Shown piece after piece: positions 6,929-15,089 of a DNA stretch of 64,000 bases. The stretch's first letter is position 1, and the number at the start of each line of letters is the position of its first letter. Made by a program: the position numbers and the translations under genes. Below the pieces are notes generated by a model. That model was not told the DNA's origin and did no database searches. It was given only the letters and a program-made list of their open reading frames with translations. Origin of the DNA: a virus (Duplodnaviria > Heunggongvirae > Uroviricota > Caudoviricetes); IMG/VR virus record IMGVR_UViG_3300042564_004805, positions 64,001-128,000 of that record, one strand, 5' to 3'.

Positions 6929-9900
6929 GGTTGCGGATTTTTTTCACCGTTGTAGTAGGCTTTCCCCAAGGTTCCGGCCAGCGTTGCGTAAATTTCAGCC
7001 TCACATTGGCTGCAGGAATTGGCTTGTAGATGACCCATGCATCGTAATCGTGCTGAATATCCAATGCTGGATCAGGAGTTAGATCATTGGGATCTTGAAC
7101 CTTGATTTCCCATATATCCATACTCTCGCCCTCATCTTGACTCCAATAGTAAGCCCAATCTTCAGCTTGTTCAAAAGTTTCAAACAGAAACACACCTGGT
7201 TGTCGCAATATATGATCATGTTCCTTTGTTTTGGGAACAAGTCCTCTCTGGCGTATGCTCAAACGGTTTCTTGTTCTTGTGACATGATAGAGTTTAGTGG
7301 GCAGTGGCTCATCTCCCTGCCCGAGCCACGGGGCAGCTTCTGAGACCTGGTCTTTGTTTAAATCTAGTAACATCACAGGATACCCAGTTGAACTGCGAGC
7401 TATTTCTTTGAAGTCATAAGACTTATACCATTTCTCAAGTTGTGATTGTCTTTTGGGATCATCTGAGACAGCAGTGAGAATGACAGCATGAGCCTGGTTG
7501 TCTATTGCATCCCCAATACCAGCCTCTAAAATCCAGCTACCTACTCCAGACCCTTGATGATCTTCCTCGACCCATATGTTTTTGAACACAGCTATTGTTT
7601 TGTATCTGCGTTGCAATTTTTCTGCAAGGTCGGCGGGTGCATTTTCACTTGCAAGATAATTGACCAATTGTGGGGTAGATGTATCAGTTATGTAGGCTTC
7701 GAGACCTCCATGTTCCTCTTGTTGATCAATGCTTATGCTTTCATTTGTCTTGCTCTTGCCCCAGTTTTTTGCACCCTTTTTCCTGCACTGCACTAATGCA
7801 CCGCTGGCATAGGCACTGGGCCAAACTTTGTAGCGACTCTTGACTTTGTAGTAGCAGGCATCTTGTTTTTCACTGAGCATAGAGTAGTTAACCATTTGGC
7901 CTCCGCAATGTGGACAACTGGAGTTTTCTTTCAGCTCATGCTCTGTCAAAGCCAGTTGTATGTTTTTCACATCTTCTGTGCGTATGTGCACAAGATTGCT
8001 CATGCCCATGCTTCGACTGTTCCAATAGCCTTGGTTGTGGAGATGCATCATCATATAGTAGAGATATTCTGGCATCAGCTGTTCAGTAGCTGTGACTTTG
8101 ATTCCAATATGATAGGGACTGAATTCTTTGGCTGGTGTGCCCACATTTGTTCTATCACTGCGTCGCACAAGCCAAAAGTCAGCATCAGGAAAATTAGTTT
8201 TGATAGTGCAGAGATCTCCCAATTTTGTAGAGCCAACACTTTCTTTTGTGGCTACGTTCCGGGCCTTGCCTTCACGTTCAGGATTGGGATCTTCTCTACG
8301 CTTGCGCCTAGCAGCAGTTGCACGTTTTTTCTTGCCCAGTGCCCAAGCCTTCCGCTGTGGCAGGCATTTGGGCTTGCCTTCGCCTTCACTGCCTCTAGCA
8401 CAGTCGCCTCTGATCTTGCCATCTGTCCCAAATCGCACCCATTTTTGTTTGAACCAATCACGCAAGCTTTCATCCAAATATTGCGCTTCCCAATCCATGA
8501 AGTTTTCAGCAAATTTTTGGCACCGTTCTCGTATGTTTGTATCAGCAGTAACCATAATATTGAAAGTGCGTTGACTTTGGGATTGAGTTGTATCAGAGTA
8601 GCCGCAATAGACTTTTTTGACAGGACTCTTGTTGATTAGGTCAGTACAACTTTCACCATATCTTGGCATCTGCTCGCTGCATGGACTGCATGTGGTTACA
8701 ATTATACAGCCATCAGGTATGCTTCCGTATTTTTTACGATAAGCCCTCATAGCCAATCGTTCAGCATGATACCATTTGTCATTGGCAAATGTGCTGAAAC
8801 CTATTACAAGACGGTTGCGGGGATCCAACAACCCTGCGGCTACCCATCCGTATTTGTCAGGGTTTTTCTTTCGTCTGGTGTCAACTAGGTTACACAATGC
8901 AACTAAGATGCGATCCAGCTTTTTATAGTTGTGTATTTCTACGTTATTGTTTTCATTCAAGGGCTTGCTAGTTGTCTTTCCGCCCTTTTGTCGTTTGCGT
9001 CTAGCAGCACAGTGAGCACGTTGGCTGAACCCTTGAGGATTAGAGCAGTTGATACTCTTCTTATACTTTTTGGTCCATTTTTCCTCAACAACAGAGGGAT
9101 TGCCATTCTCTATACCACTAGATTCCCACTTGCGGAAAAGAGGATGGTCAACACTTTTGGGACTGTAGACTTCCATGCTGCGATAGGCATAGTCGTTGCC
9201 ACCCAAGTATTGCACATACCCTCTCAAAGCCCAAGCGCCCATGGCAGGTGCAGCACTGTGGTGAGTATAATGTTCGCTATCCGCAGCCACAACACTGCCA
9301 TCTTTGTAGATCACAAATCTGGCACTGTGATACTTGTTGTTGCGTGCCAACCTTTTCAAATCTTGAATTGTGGGATTTTTGTGAACCATACGCTGGTCTT
9401 CATCAGTCCAAGCTTCTTCCAACTTCTTTCCCATTTGGACTAAACTGGTGCCTGTAAATGGGTTGTTTGATCCTCTGTTCTCCACATCGTAACCCAGCTT
9501 GTGATAAAAGCCTTCGCTTTCCCATTTGGCCTCTACGACGCTCTTGGTGGCCCCTTTGTTCTTTGCGATAGTCAAGGCTTGTAACATCAACGCTTTGCCA
9601 GCACCAGGTTTGTTGTCATAACTGCCCAACCATTTCACATGCGCCACTTGATTTTCAATCACCACATGTATTGCAGTTACACTGAACACGCCTAGATCTG
9701 GGGTATAGTTATAGAGGAAAATGCTATTTTTTCCCAAGTTGGGATTGTCAAGTGCTCGTAAGTTATTTTTAACCACATAAGCAACAGCCTCTAAGGCTTT
9801 GAAATCCTTGTCAAGTTTTTCATACTTTGGTCCCGCAGCATCATAGCTGGCGTCGTTAATCTCTTCTTGCTCATATGTGATTGCACCCAATAAGTCTTCT

Positions 9901-10628
9901 AGATCTGCGCGATCCAGTTGATTAGCTGATTCCTCAAGAGGTAAGTTCCAATAACCAGTTCCTTGATCTTGAAATCCCATCTTCTCATAAAATTTGTGGC
10001 TGTTCCAGATGGGTTTCACAACAGCGAGTAAGGCACCTTGTTTCTGGCTTTGTGCTAACCCCTGCTCCAAAAGTTGCCTACCAGTGCCATTCAAACTACC
10101 TAACCAAGTGATTTTTGCTGTCTTGTTGTCGAGCAGTATGTGCAATGCACTTTGGCAACCTTCAGTGTAGAGCCAAATGCTGTTGTTACCTAGTTGTGGA
10201 TCGTTTTCAAAAAGCTTCTGTGATTCCAAAACGTGACTGATGGCACGCAAGGCTCGATAGGCTTTGCTTTGCGTTCCCAGTTGACTGCTTGCCGTCGTTA
10301 GCTGGCGAGAAATTTGTTCGTTGTAGGTTTGCATCAGTGTCCCACAAGAAGTGAGAACAGCTATAGTTGGTGATGTATGGGGTGTTGTAGAGCGAGAATC
10401 AAACACTATATCCTTGGCTGGATCTTTGTAGATAGAGGTTGTTATATATCCTGATTGCAGGATATTAGGCGCATTGTCTAGTATAGTGCTATGATAGAGT
10501 TCACTGGGATTATTTTTTGACTCTTCCGGCTTGTCATTCTTTGGGTCAGTGTCTTCCCACTGGCTGAACACACTGGGTTTTTGATTCTGTTGGTCCTCCT
10601 TGTTTTCCAAAATATCAACCAGCTTCAT
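6900..10628 (-). CDS. 1242-aa multi-domain polyprotein: three GNAT-like domains, Zn-dependent deaminase, HsdS TRD-like, H-x-T ART-like and several basic Cys peptides
   Basis: GNAT motifs (GTGRQLL..FYEKMGF; GAGKALM..FYHKLGY; QGSGVGSWIL..WYKSYDF), deaminase HAE..SPC..C, KLGDLCTIK..PEYLYY..I..EDVKNI, and LYHVT..SIRQRGLVP. Junctions are [LVT]-x-E. Confidence 0.75.
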   Translation of the reverse strand: MKLVDILENKEDQQNQKPSVFSQWEDTDPKNDKPEESKNNPSELYHSTILDNAPNILQSGYITTSIYKDPAKDIVFDSRSTTPHTSPTIAVLTSCGTLMQTYNEQISRQLTTASSQLGTQSKAYRALRAISHVLESQKLFENDPQLGNNSIWLYTEGCQSALHILLDNKTAKITWLGSLNGTGRQLLEQGLAQSQKQGALLAVVKPIWNSHKFYEKMGFQDQGTGYWNLPLEESANQLDRADLEDLLGAITYEQEEINDASYDAAGPKYEKLDKDFKALEAVAYVVKNNLRALDNPNLGKNSIFLYNYTPDLGVFSVTAIHVVIENQVAHVKWLGSYDNKPGAGKALMLQALTIAKNKGATKSVVEAKWESEGFYHKLGYDVENRGSNNPFTGTSLVQMGKKLEEAWTDEDQRMVHKNPTIQDLKRLARNNKYHSARFVIYKDGSVVAADSEHYTHHSAAPAMGAWALRGYVQYLGGNDYAYRSMEVYSPKSVDHPLFRKWESSGIENGNPSVVEEKWTKKYKKSINCSNPQGFSQRAHCAARRKRQKGGKTTSKPLNENNNVEIHNYKKLDRILVALCNLVDTRRKKNPDKYGWVAAGLLDPRNRLVIGFSTFANDKWYHAERLAMRAYRKKYGSIPDGCIIVTTCSPCSEQMPRYGESCTDLINKSPVKKVYCGYSDTTQSQSQRTFNIMVTADTNIRERCQKFAENFMDWEAQYLDESLRDWFKQKWVRFGTDGKIRGDCARGSEGEGKPKCLPQRKAWALGKKKRATAARRKRREDPNPEREGKARNVATKESVGSTKLGDLCTIKTNFPDADFWLVRRSDRTNVGTPAKEFSPYHIGIKVTATEQLMPEYLYYMMMHLHNQGYWNSRSMGMSNLVHIRTEDVKNIQLALTEHELKENSSCPHCGGQMVNYSMLSEKQDACYYKVKSRYKVWPSAYASGALVQCRKKGAKNWGKSKTNESISIDQQEEHGGLEAYITDTSTPQLVNYLASENAPADLAEKLQRRYKTIAVFKNIWVEEDHQGSGVGSWILEAGIGDAIDNQAHAVILTAVSDDPKRQSQLEKWYKSYDFKEIARSSTGYPVMLLDLNKDQVSEAAPWLGQGDEPLPTKLYHVTRTRNRLSIRQRGLVPKTKEHDHILRQPGVFLFETFEQAEDWAYYWSQDEGESMDIWEIKVQDPNDLTPDPALDIQHDYDAWVIYKPIPAANVRLKFTQRWPEPWGKPTTTVKKIRNLEEDPNETE

Positions 10629-11253
10629 TTACAGGCTCCACATGTGTCATATAGCTGTCATCTGTATAAAAGTCCACAGCGTTCTCCACACTGTAGACTG
10701 TCATGTCTATTTGATACCCAGGATTACTGGTTATAGGATTTTTCACCCAAGCATTGTCATGCCAAATGATTCTATTGTTGGGATAAAGATAATAGTTTCC
10801 TTCATCCATTTTGAACAAATGCGCGCATTTGTGTTCAGGCGTTTCACTGAAATTGGTGTCAGTAAAAGCAGAGTTTTCCCAACCCCAGTCTAAAGTCATA
10901 CAGTATTGTCCTTGACGACGTTCCCCAGTGTAAACCAACAACGTAGCCCTTAACCCCGCCATGCGTTGCCGGACCTGCACATCAATATAATGACTGAAAC
11001 AGTCCCAATAAACATGTTCTGCAAGTGGTCTTACTGGTGCATCATTACGCCAACAAAAAGCAGTTATGGGTCGACGTGTCCAGTTCACTCCATTTTCCAA
11101 AAATGCTTCAAATAAAGGCGTGCGTTTCTCCATACTTGCGACACTGTGTACATCACAGGGAGTGAACTCGCCGTGGCCTTTGGTGTGATTGTAAAGGTAT
11201 TGGTTACGTATTAGGCATGTTAAAACGGGGATATTATGATTCAAATATGGCAT
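10615..11253 (-). CDS. Conserved hypothetical phage protein
   Basis: Likely start MPYLNHNIP at 11253, just downstream of an ATAAATA box. The ORF-track start at 11358 would overlap the divergent sirtuin. Confidence 0.6.
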   Translation of the reverse strand: MPYLNHNIPVLTCLIRNQYLYNHTKGHGEFTPCDVHSVASMEKRTPLFEAFLENGVNWTRRPITAFCWRNDAPVRPLAEHVYWDCFSHYIDVQVRQRMAGLRATLLVYTGERRQGQYCMTLDWGWENSAFTDTNFSETPEHKCAHLFKMDEGNYYLYPNNRIIWHDNAWVKNPITSNPGYQIDMTVYSVENAVDFYTDDSYMTHVEPVNEAG

Positions 11254-11349
11254 AGTATATTTATTGTCTGGACAGTGAGCACAATACAAAGGCAGTAAAC
11301 ATGAGAATTGGATTGCAACCCTCCAGAAATTTGTTGCATAATCAAAATT

Positions 11350-12081
11350 ATGACCCAATTATTGATTTTTAGCGGCGCTGGTTTGAGTGCTGAAAGCGGC
11401 ATCCCCACATTTAGAGAAGATAGCGAAGGTTTATGGAGCCGTTATGATCCATTGGTTTACAGTAATTACGCCACTTGGCGACAAAACTTTCAAATTGTAA
11501 ATGAATTTCACAGCGACTTACGGGAAATGCTTCTGAAGTTTCAGCCAAACGCCGCCCACAAACAGGTGGCAGAATGGCAGAGAAAATACAGTGCAACAGT
11601 GATAACTCAAAATGCAGACCTCTTGCTAGAGGAGGCTGGTTGCATCCCTGTTGTGCATGTTCACGGACAGCTGGATGAAATGCAATGCGAAAACTGTGGC
11701 CATGTTTGGAATATTGGCTACACTCGATACAACATCTCCCTAGGTTGTCCCAATTGCCAAAGCCTGACTGATGTCAAGCCTGCGGTAGTGTTGTTTGGTG
11801 AACCAGCACCCAAATACCAATATCTCTACAACACACTGGACAGCCTTACAGACAAAAGCCTGTTCCTGTGTATTGGAACATCAGGCTCAGTTGTTCCTGT
11901 TGATAACTTCGCAAAAGTGTTGGATTGTCCTAGTGTAATCAACGTGTTAAATTTAAATCGGGACATTGACGGCTACTTGCCTCCGATAGTTCCTTCTCAC
12001 TGGACTCACTGCCTATTAGGGCCTGTAACTCAACAACTGCACAAAATAGACAAGATCTTACAAGAGCATTTTGGTTTCTAA
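11350..12081 (+). CDS. cobB: Sir2/CobB-family NAD-dependent protein deacylase
   Basis: GAGLSAESGIPTFR, PNAAH, TQNADLL..AG, HVHG, CxxC..CxxC, KPAVVLFGE and IGTSGSV; start taken at MTQLLIFSG. Confidence 0.92.
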   Translation: MTQLLIFSGAGLSAESGIPTFREDSEGLWSRYDPLVYSNYATWRQNFQIVNEFHSDLREMLLKFQPNAAHKQVAEWQRKYSATVITQNADLLLEEAGCIPVVHVHGQLDEMQCENCGHVWNIGYTRYNISLGCPNCQSLTDVKPAVVLFGEPAPKYQYLYNTLDSLTDKSLFLCIGTSGSVVPVDNFAKVLDCPSVINVLNLNRDIDGYLPPIVPSHWTHCLLGPVTQQLHKIDKILQEHFGF

Positions 12082-12114
12082 ATAACACAAACGTTTCAAG
12101 ATCTGGGAAACCAA

Positions 12115-12693
12115 ATGAAAATTCAAGACCTTACGCAACCTTTGAATGAAAGTGTAAATCAAGCCATTCAATGGCACCAGGATAACAAAGTTCCGCTAGT
12201 TGATAACATATTCCGTATTCACAGCCCAGCTTGGTTTGAGTTTTTTTGTGAGATGCGACGTCGTGTTTCTTGTGGAGATATACTCTTGGAACACGCTCTT
12301 GACCAGGACATGATTGAGAGTGATTTAGGCACGTTTGGTGTGTATGAAGGCAGAATGGTTCCGTTGGATTGTATTTTTGAAACTCCAGAAAGTCTTGATG
12401 AGGCTGAGTATCAAGGAAAAGCTGTTGAGCTTAACAAGCCCAAGAGAGGCGGTCCTAAAAAGTATTACGTCTACGTCAAGAATCCCAAAACAGGCAGGGT
12501 CAAAAAAATTGCCTTTGGTGATGTGTCAGGTTTGAGTGTTAAAATCCGCGATCCCAAACGACGCAAAGCGTTTGCTTCTCGTCACAACTGTGAACAAAAA
12601 ACAGACAAAATGAAGGCTGGATACTGGGCGTGTAGAGTTCCCCGCTATACTAAATCCTTGGGATTGAGTCCAATTAGTGCCAAATGGTGGTAA
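12115..12693 (+). CDS. Conserved T4-like myophage protein with a basic C-terminal module
   Basis: LDEAEYQGKAVELNKPKRGGPKKYYVYVKNPKTGRVKKIAFGD...RRKAFASRHNC...AGYWAC; LNE/LDE junctions as in the polyproteins; TAAATA box upstream. Confidence 0.65.
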   Translation: MKIQDLTQPLNESVNQAIQWHQDNKVPLVDNIFRIHSPAWFEFFCEMRRRVSCGDILLEHALDQDMIESDLGTFGVYEGRMVPLDCIFETPESLDEAEYQGKAVELNKPKRGGPKKYYVYVKNPKTGRVKKIAFGDVSGLSVKIRDPKRRKAFASRHNCEQKTDKMKAGYWACRVPRYTKSLGLSPISAKWW

Positions 12694-12956
12694 TGAATCC
12701 CTACAGTGACAAGAAACAAATTCAAGGTTTGGAAAGAACATTCTTTCAATCTGTAGATTCTCATGAGCTAGTGTGGCATCGAGATCACTGTCACAGACTT
12801 ATTACAGTGGTTGAGGGTAATGGTTGGCAACTTCAAATGGACAACTGCATGCCCTGCAATCTCAAGCCCGGCGATGTCGTGAGAATCCCCCGAGACACCT
12901 TCCATAGACTATTGAAGGGCTCAGGGGATTTGAAATTGTTGATAGTTGAAGATTAG
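12693..12956 (+). CDS. Small cupin-fold protein
   Basis: ELVWHRD..R.I.V.EG.GWQLQ.D..P..LKPGD...IP...FHRLLKG cupin pattern; start taken at MNPYSD. Confidence 0.65.
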   Translation: MNPYSDKKQIQGLERTFFQSVDSHELVWHRDHCHRLITVVEGNGWQLQMDNCMPCNLKPGDVVRIPRDTFHRLLKGSGDLKLLIVED

Positions 12957-12975
12957 GTACCAGTGGCCATTATAC

Positions 12976-13563
12976 TTACTTACCTTGAACCAGTGGGCTG
13001 ATAACAGAGTTTGGTGCCAACACTCGATAAACGCTTGACCTATTGATCTTAAGCCGCCTTGCGATCTCACTTGCACCAACCCCTTGGGATTTTAGTGACT
13101 GAATCTCAGCCAGCTGCCTGCGTGCTGTTGGCGCCCTGCCCTTGTAGCGCCGCTCTGCCTTTGCCTTGGCGATGCCCTCTCGCTGCCGCTCAAGCATCAT
13201 TTGACGCTCAAACTCTGCTACTGCGCCTAAAACAGTCAGCATCAACTTGGATATTGCATTTCGTGTGTCTAATTCCATGCCGTTCATGCTCTGCACTATT
13301 AGGCCAATTTCTCGCTTTTCCAAATCTTCTACAATTTTGAGAAGATCTGATGTACTTCGAGCCAACCGGTCTACTCGTGTAACCATAAACACATCTTTTT
13401 CACGAATATATGACATCGCTGCGGTGAGCTGCGGTCTACTTCCAACAGCACTGGTTTGTTCTGCGAAGATTTTTTCACACCCAGCCTGTTGCAATGCTGC
13501 AATTTGAGATTCTAGACTTGCGGATTGTTCATGTGTGCTAGTCCTTGCATAACCTATAAGCAT
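12976..13563 (-). CDS. Serine recombinase (resolvase/invertase family) with C-terminal HTH
   Basis: MLIGYARTST (catalytic Ser), VTRVDRLARS, VAEFERQMMLERQREGIAKAK and HTH GASEIARRLKINRSSVYRVL; AAGGA RBS before ATG 13563. Confidence 0.95.
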   Translation of the reverse strand: MLIGYARTSTHEQSASLESQIAALQQAGCEKIFAEQTSAVGSRPQLTAAMSYIREKDVFMVTRVDRLARSTSDLLKIVEDLEKREIGLIVQSMNGMELDTRNAISKLMLTVLGAVAEFERQMMLERQREGIAKAKAERRYKGRAPTARRQLAEIQSLKSQGVGASEIARRLKINRSSVYRVLAPNSVISPLVQGK

Positions 13564-13585
13564 TACTTTTTCCTTATAATATAAT

Positions 13586-13966
13586 TCAGCTATTGAGGTC
13601 AGGAGCTTCGCGTTCAAACTCCTTGATATTCCAAGCTTTCACCCCAAAATATTCCTGCAACAGCTTGAGCACAATATTGGAATCAAAGTCCTTACAAGAA
13701 AACACGTCTAGGTGAAGTGTCCAAGTGTGAGGTACAAAATGACATACAATAGCCGATGTAGTAATAAGTTGCACAGCACTGATACCAGCTTTAGTAACAT
13801 CGTGGTCTGCGAACCAATGAATCTCTGGTCGACCAAATGCAATCATATCAATATCGTTAACCAGTTGGTCAACCCATTTGGTTACAGTCTCTTTGTCGTT
13901 GATGGCTTCATTGCACCCTGCTGCATCGACGACCAAATGTTTGCCCCAGCTTGGTAGGTTTTTCAT
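13586..13966 (-). CDS. speH: S-adenosylmethionine decarboxylase proenzyme family (class 1b, SpeD/SpeH-like)
   Basis: WGKHLVVDAAGC, GISAVQLITTSAIVCH and HLDVFSCKDFD; AAAGGAG RBS. Confidence 0.85.
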   Translation of the reverse strand: MKNLPSWGKHLVVDAAGCNEAINDKETVTKWVDQLVNDIDMIAFGRPEIHWFADHDVTKAGISAVQLITTSAIVCHFVPHTWTLHLDVFSCKDFDSNIVLKLLQEYFGVKAWNIKEFEREAPDLNS

Positions 13967-14006
13967 CTCATATGTGCTCCTTGGTATAAAAGATGGTTTA
14001 AGTGGT

Positions 14007-14014
14007 TATTTATA
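14007..14014 (-). promoter_or_regulatory. T4-type late promoter TATAAATA upstream of the SAM decarboxylase gene
   Basis: Exact consensus 40 nt before ATG 13966. Confidence 0.65.
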
Positions 14015-15086
14015 GTGTTTGAGAATAGTCATATAATTCTCTAGCAGCTAAATTCTTTTCCTTGGCTTCGCACATGAGATCCATCCTATCCCAAAACTCA
14101 AGACAGTAGCTGTTCAACGCCTTGTTCCAAGGTCGCTTGCTGTGGGCACGCAGCTTGCTTCGTTTGATACCACTTGACTCGAGCAACGCAATGTCTGGCC
14201 TGGTTGTGTTGCTGTGGGAGGGAAGTACATCTTCGTGCGGCCAAGCCACATGAATTTCTGGACGTGCACCACGCCAACTTTCAATCACCTGGGTCAGCCT
14301 TGGGTCATCTGGACTGAGATACGTTCCTTGATGAATCCAGTAGTGGTTGATGTCGAGACAGATCTTCACCTTGTCTTTCAAGGGCAAGAGATGATCGAGA
14401 CCGTAACTGTACTCATCATTCTCCACACTCAGCCATTGCTTTGTGTCACTGCTCAGCCGAGCAAAGCTGTGTTGAAAGTAATCAAGGAAATCGTCTCGAC
14501 GGGCACCACCATGGATGTTGATCTCCTGTCGCTGATCACTTCCATCAAAGCCCATGAGCCGGAAAATCTCCGAGTGGTACTCGAGGTCTTCAATAGCACG
14601 CTCCACCACCTCGGGCTCATGACTCACAAGCATAGTGAACTGTCCAGGATGCGTGCTGAGTCGAATGTCGAAGTCACGTGCTAGTTTGCCTACCTCCCCA
14701 AATCCGCGCAGTGCTTCAATCATCACAGATTCTTGATAGGCAGAGCTCCAATTGGCGTGTGTGCGAGCAGGGAGAATCTCACTGCCAATTCGCATCATTC
14801 GGAGTTCTTGTGGCCAACTGCCTACAAGCTGAAACTGCCTCATAAGTACCTCAGTGTTGTAGCGCACAATGCCACACAGCTTGTCAATGGCTTGTGTACG
14901 TGTGAGCTTTTCCAGTGAGGTTACAGTTGTGCCTTTTGTGTTGTAGAGGCTGTGCCACTCTGCTGCGCTCTTCTTGTCTTTGAACTCTGTTTCAGATACA
15001 AATTTACAGCAAAAACCAATTCGCTTGTCAGTCACCAGAGTCTCCTGTGTTACACACTTTTTTAACATAGTTTGCTGTTGCGTCAA
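14010..15086 (-). CDS. uvsE: UV-damage endonuclease UvsE/UvdE
   Basis: IGFCCK, RIGSEILP..TH, RLSTHPGQF..L, INIHGG, LSVENDE, LDINHYW and AHS. Confidence 0.92.
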   Translation of the reverse strand: MTQQQTMLKKCVTQETLVTDKRIGFCCKFVSETEFKDKKSAAEWHSLYNTKGTTVTSLEKLTRTQAIDKLCGIVRYNTEVLMRQFQLVGSWPQELRMMRIGSEILPARTHANWSSAYQESVMIEALRGFGEVGKLARDFDIRLSTHPGQFTMLVSHEPEVVERAIEDLEYHSEIFRLMGFDGSDQRQEINIHGGARRDDFLDYFQHSFARLSSDTKQWLSVENDEYSYGLDHLLPLKDKVKICLDINHYWIHQGTYLSPDDPRLTQVIESWRGARPEIHVAWPHEDVLPSHSNTTRPDIALLESSGIKRSKLRAHSKRPWNKALNSYCLEFWDRMDLMCEAKEKNLAARELYDYSQTL

Positions 15087-15089
15087 AAC

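Noticed and set aside
11300-13620. Invertible segment controlled by the serine recombinase
   Set aside because: I could not find flanking inverted recombination sites by eye; kept only as a test under the resolvase finding.
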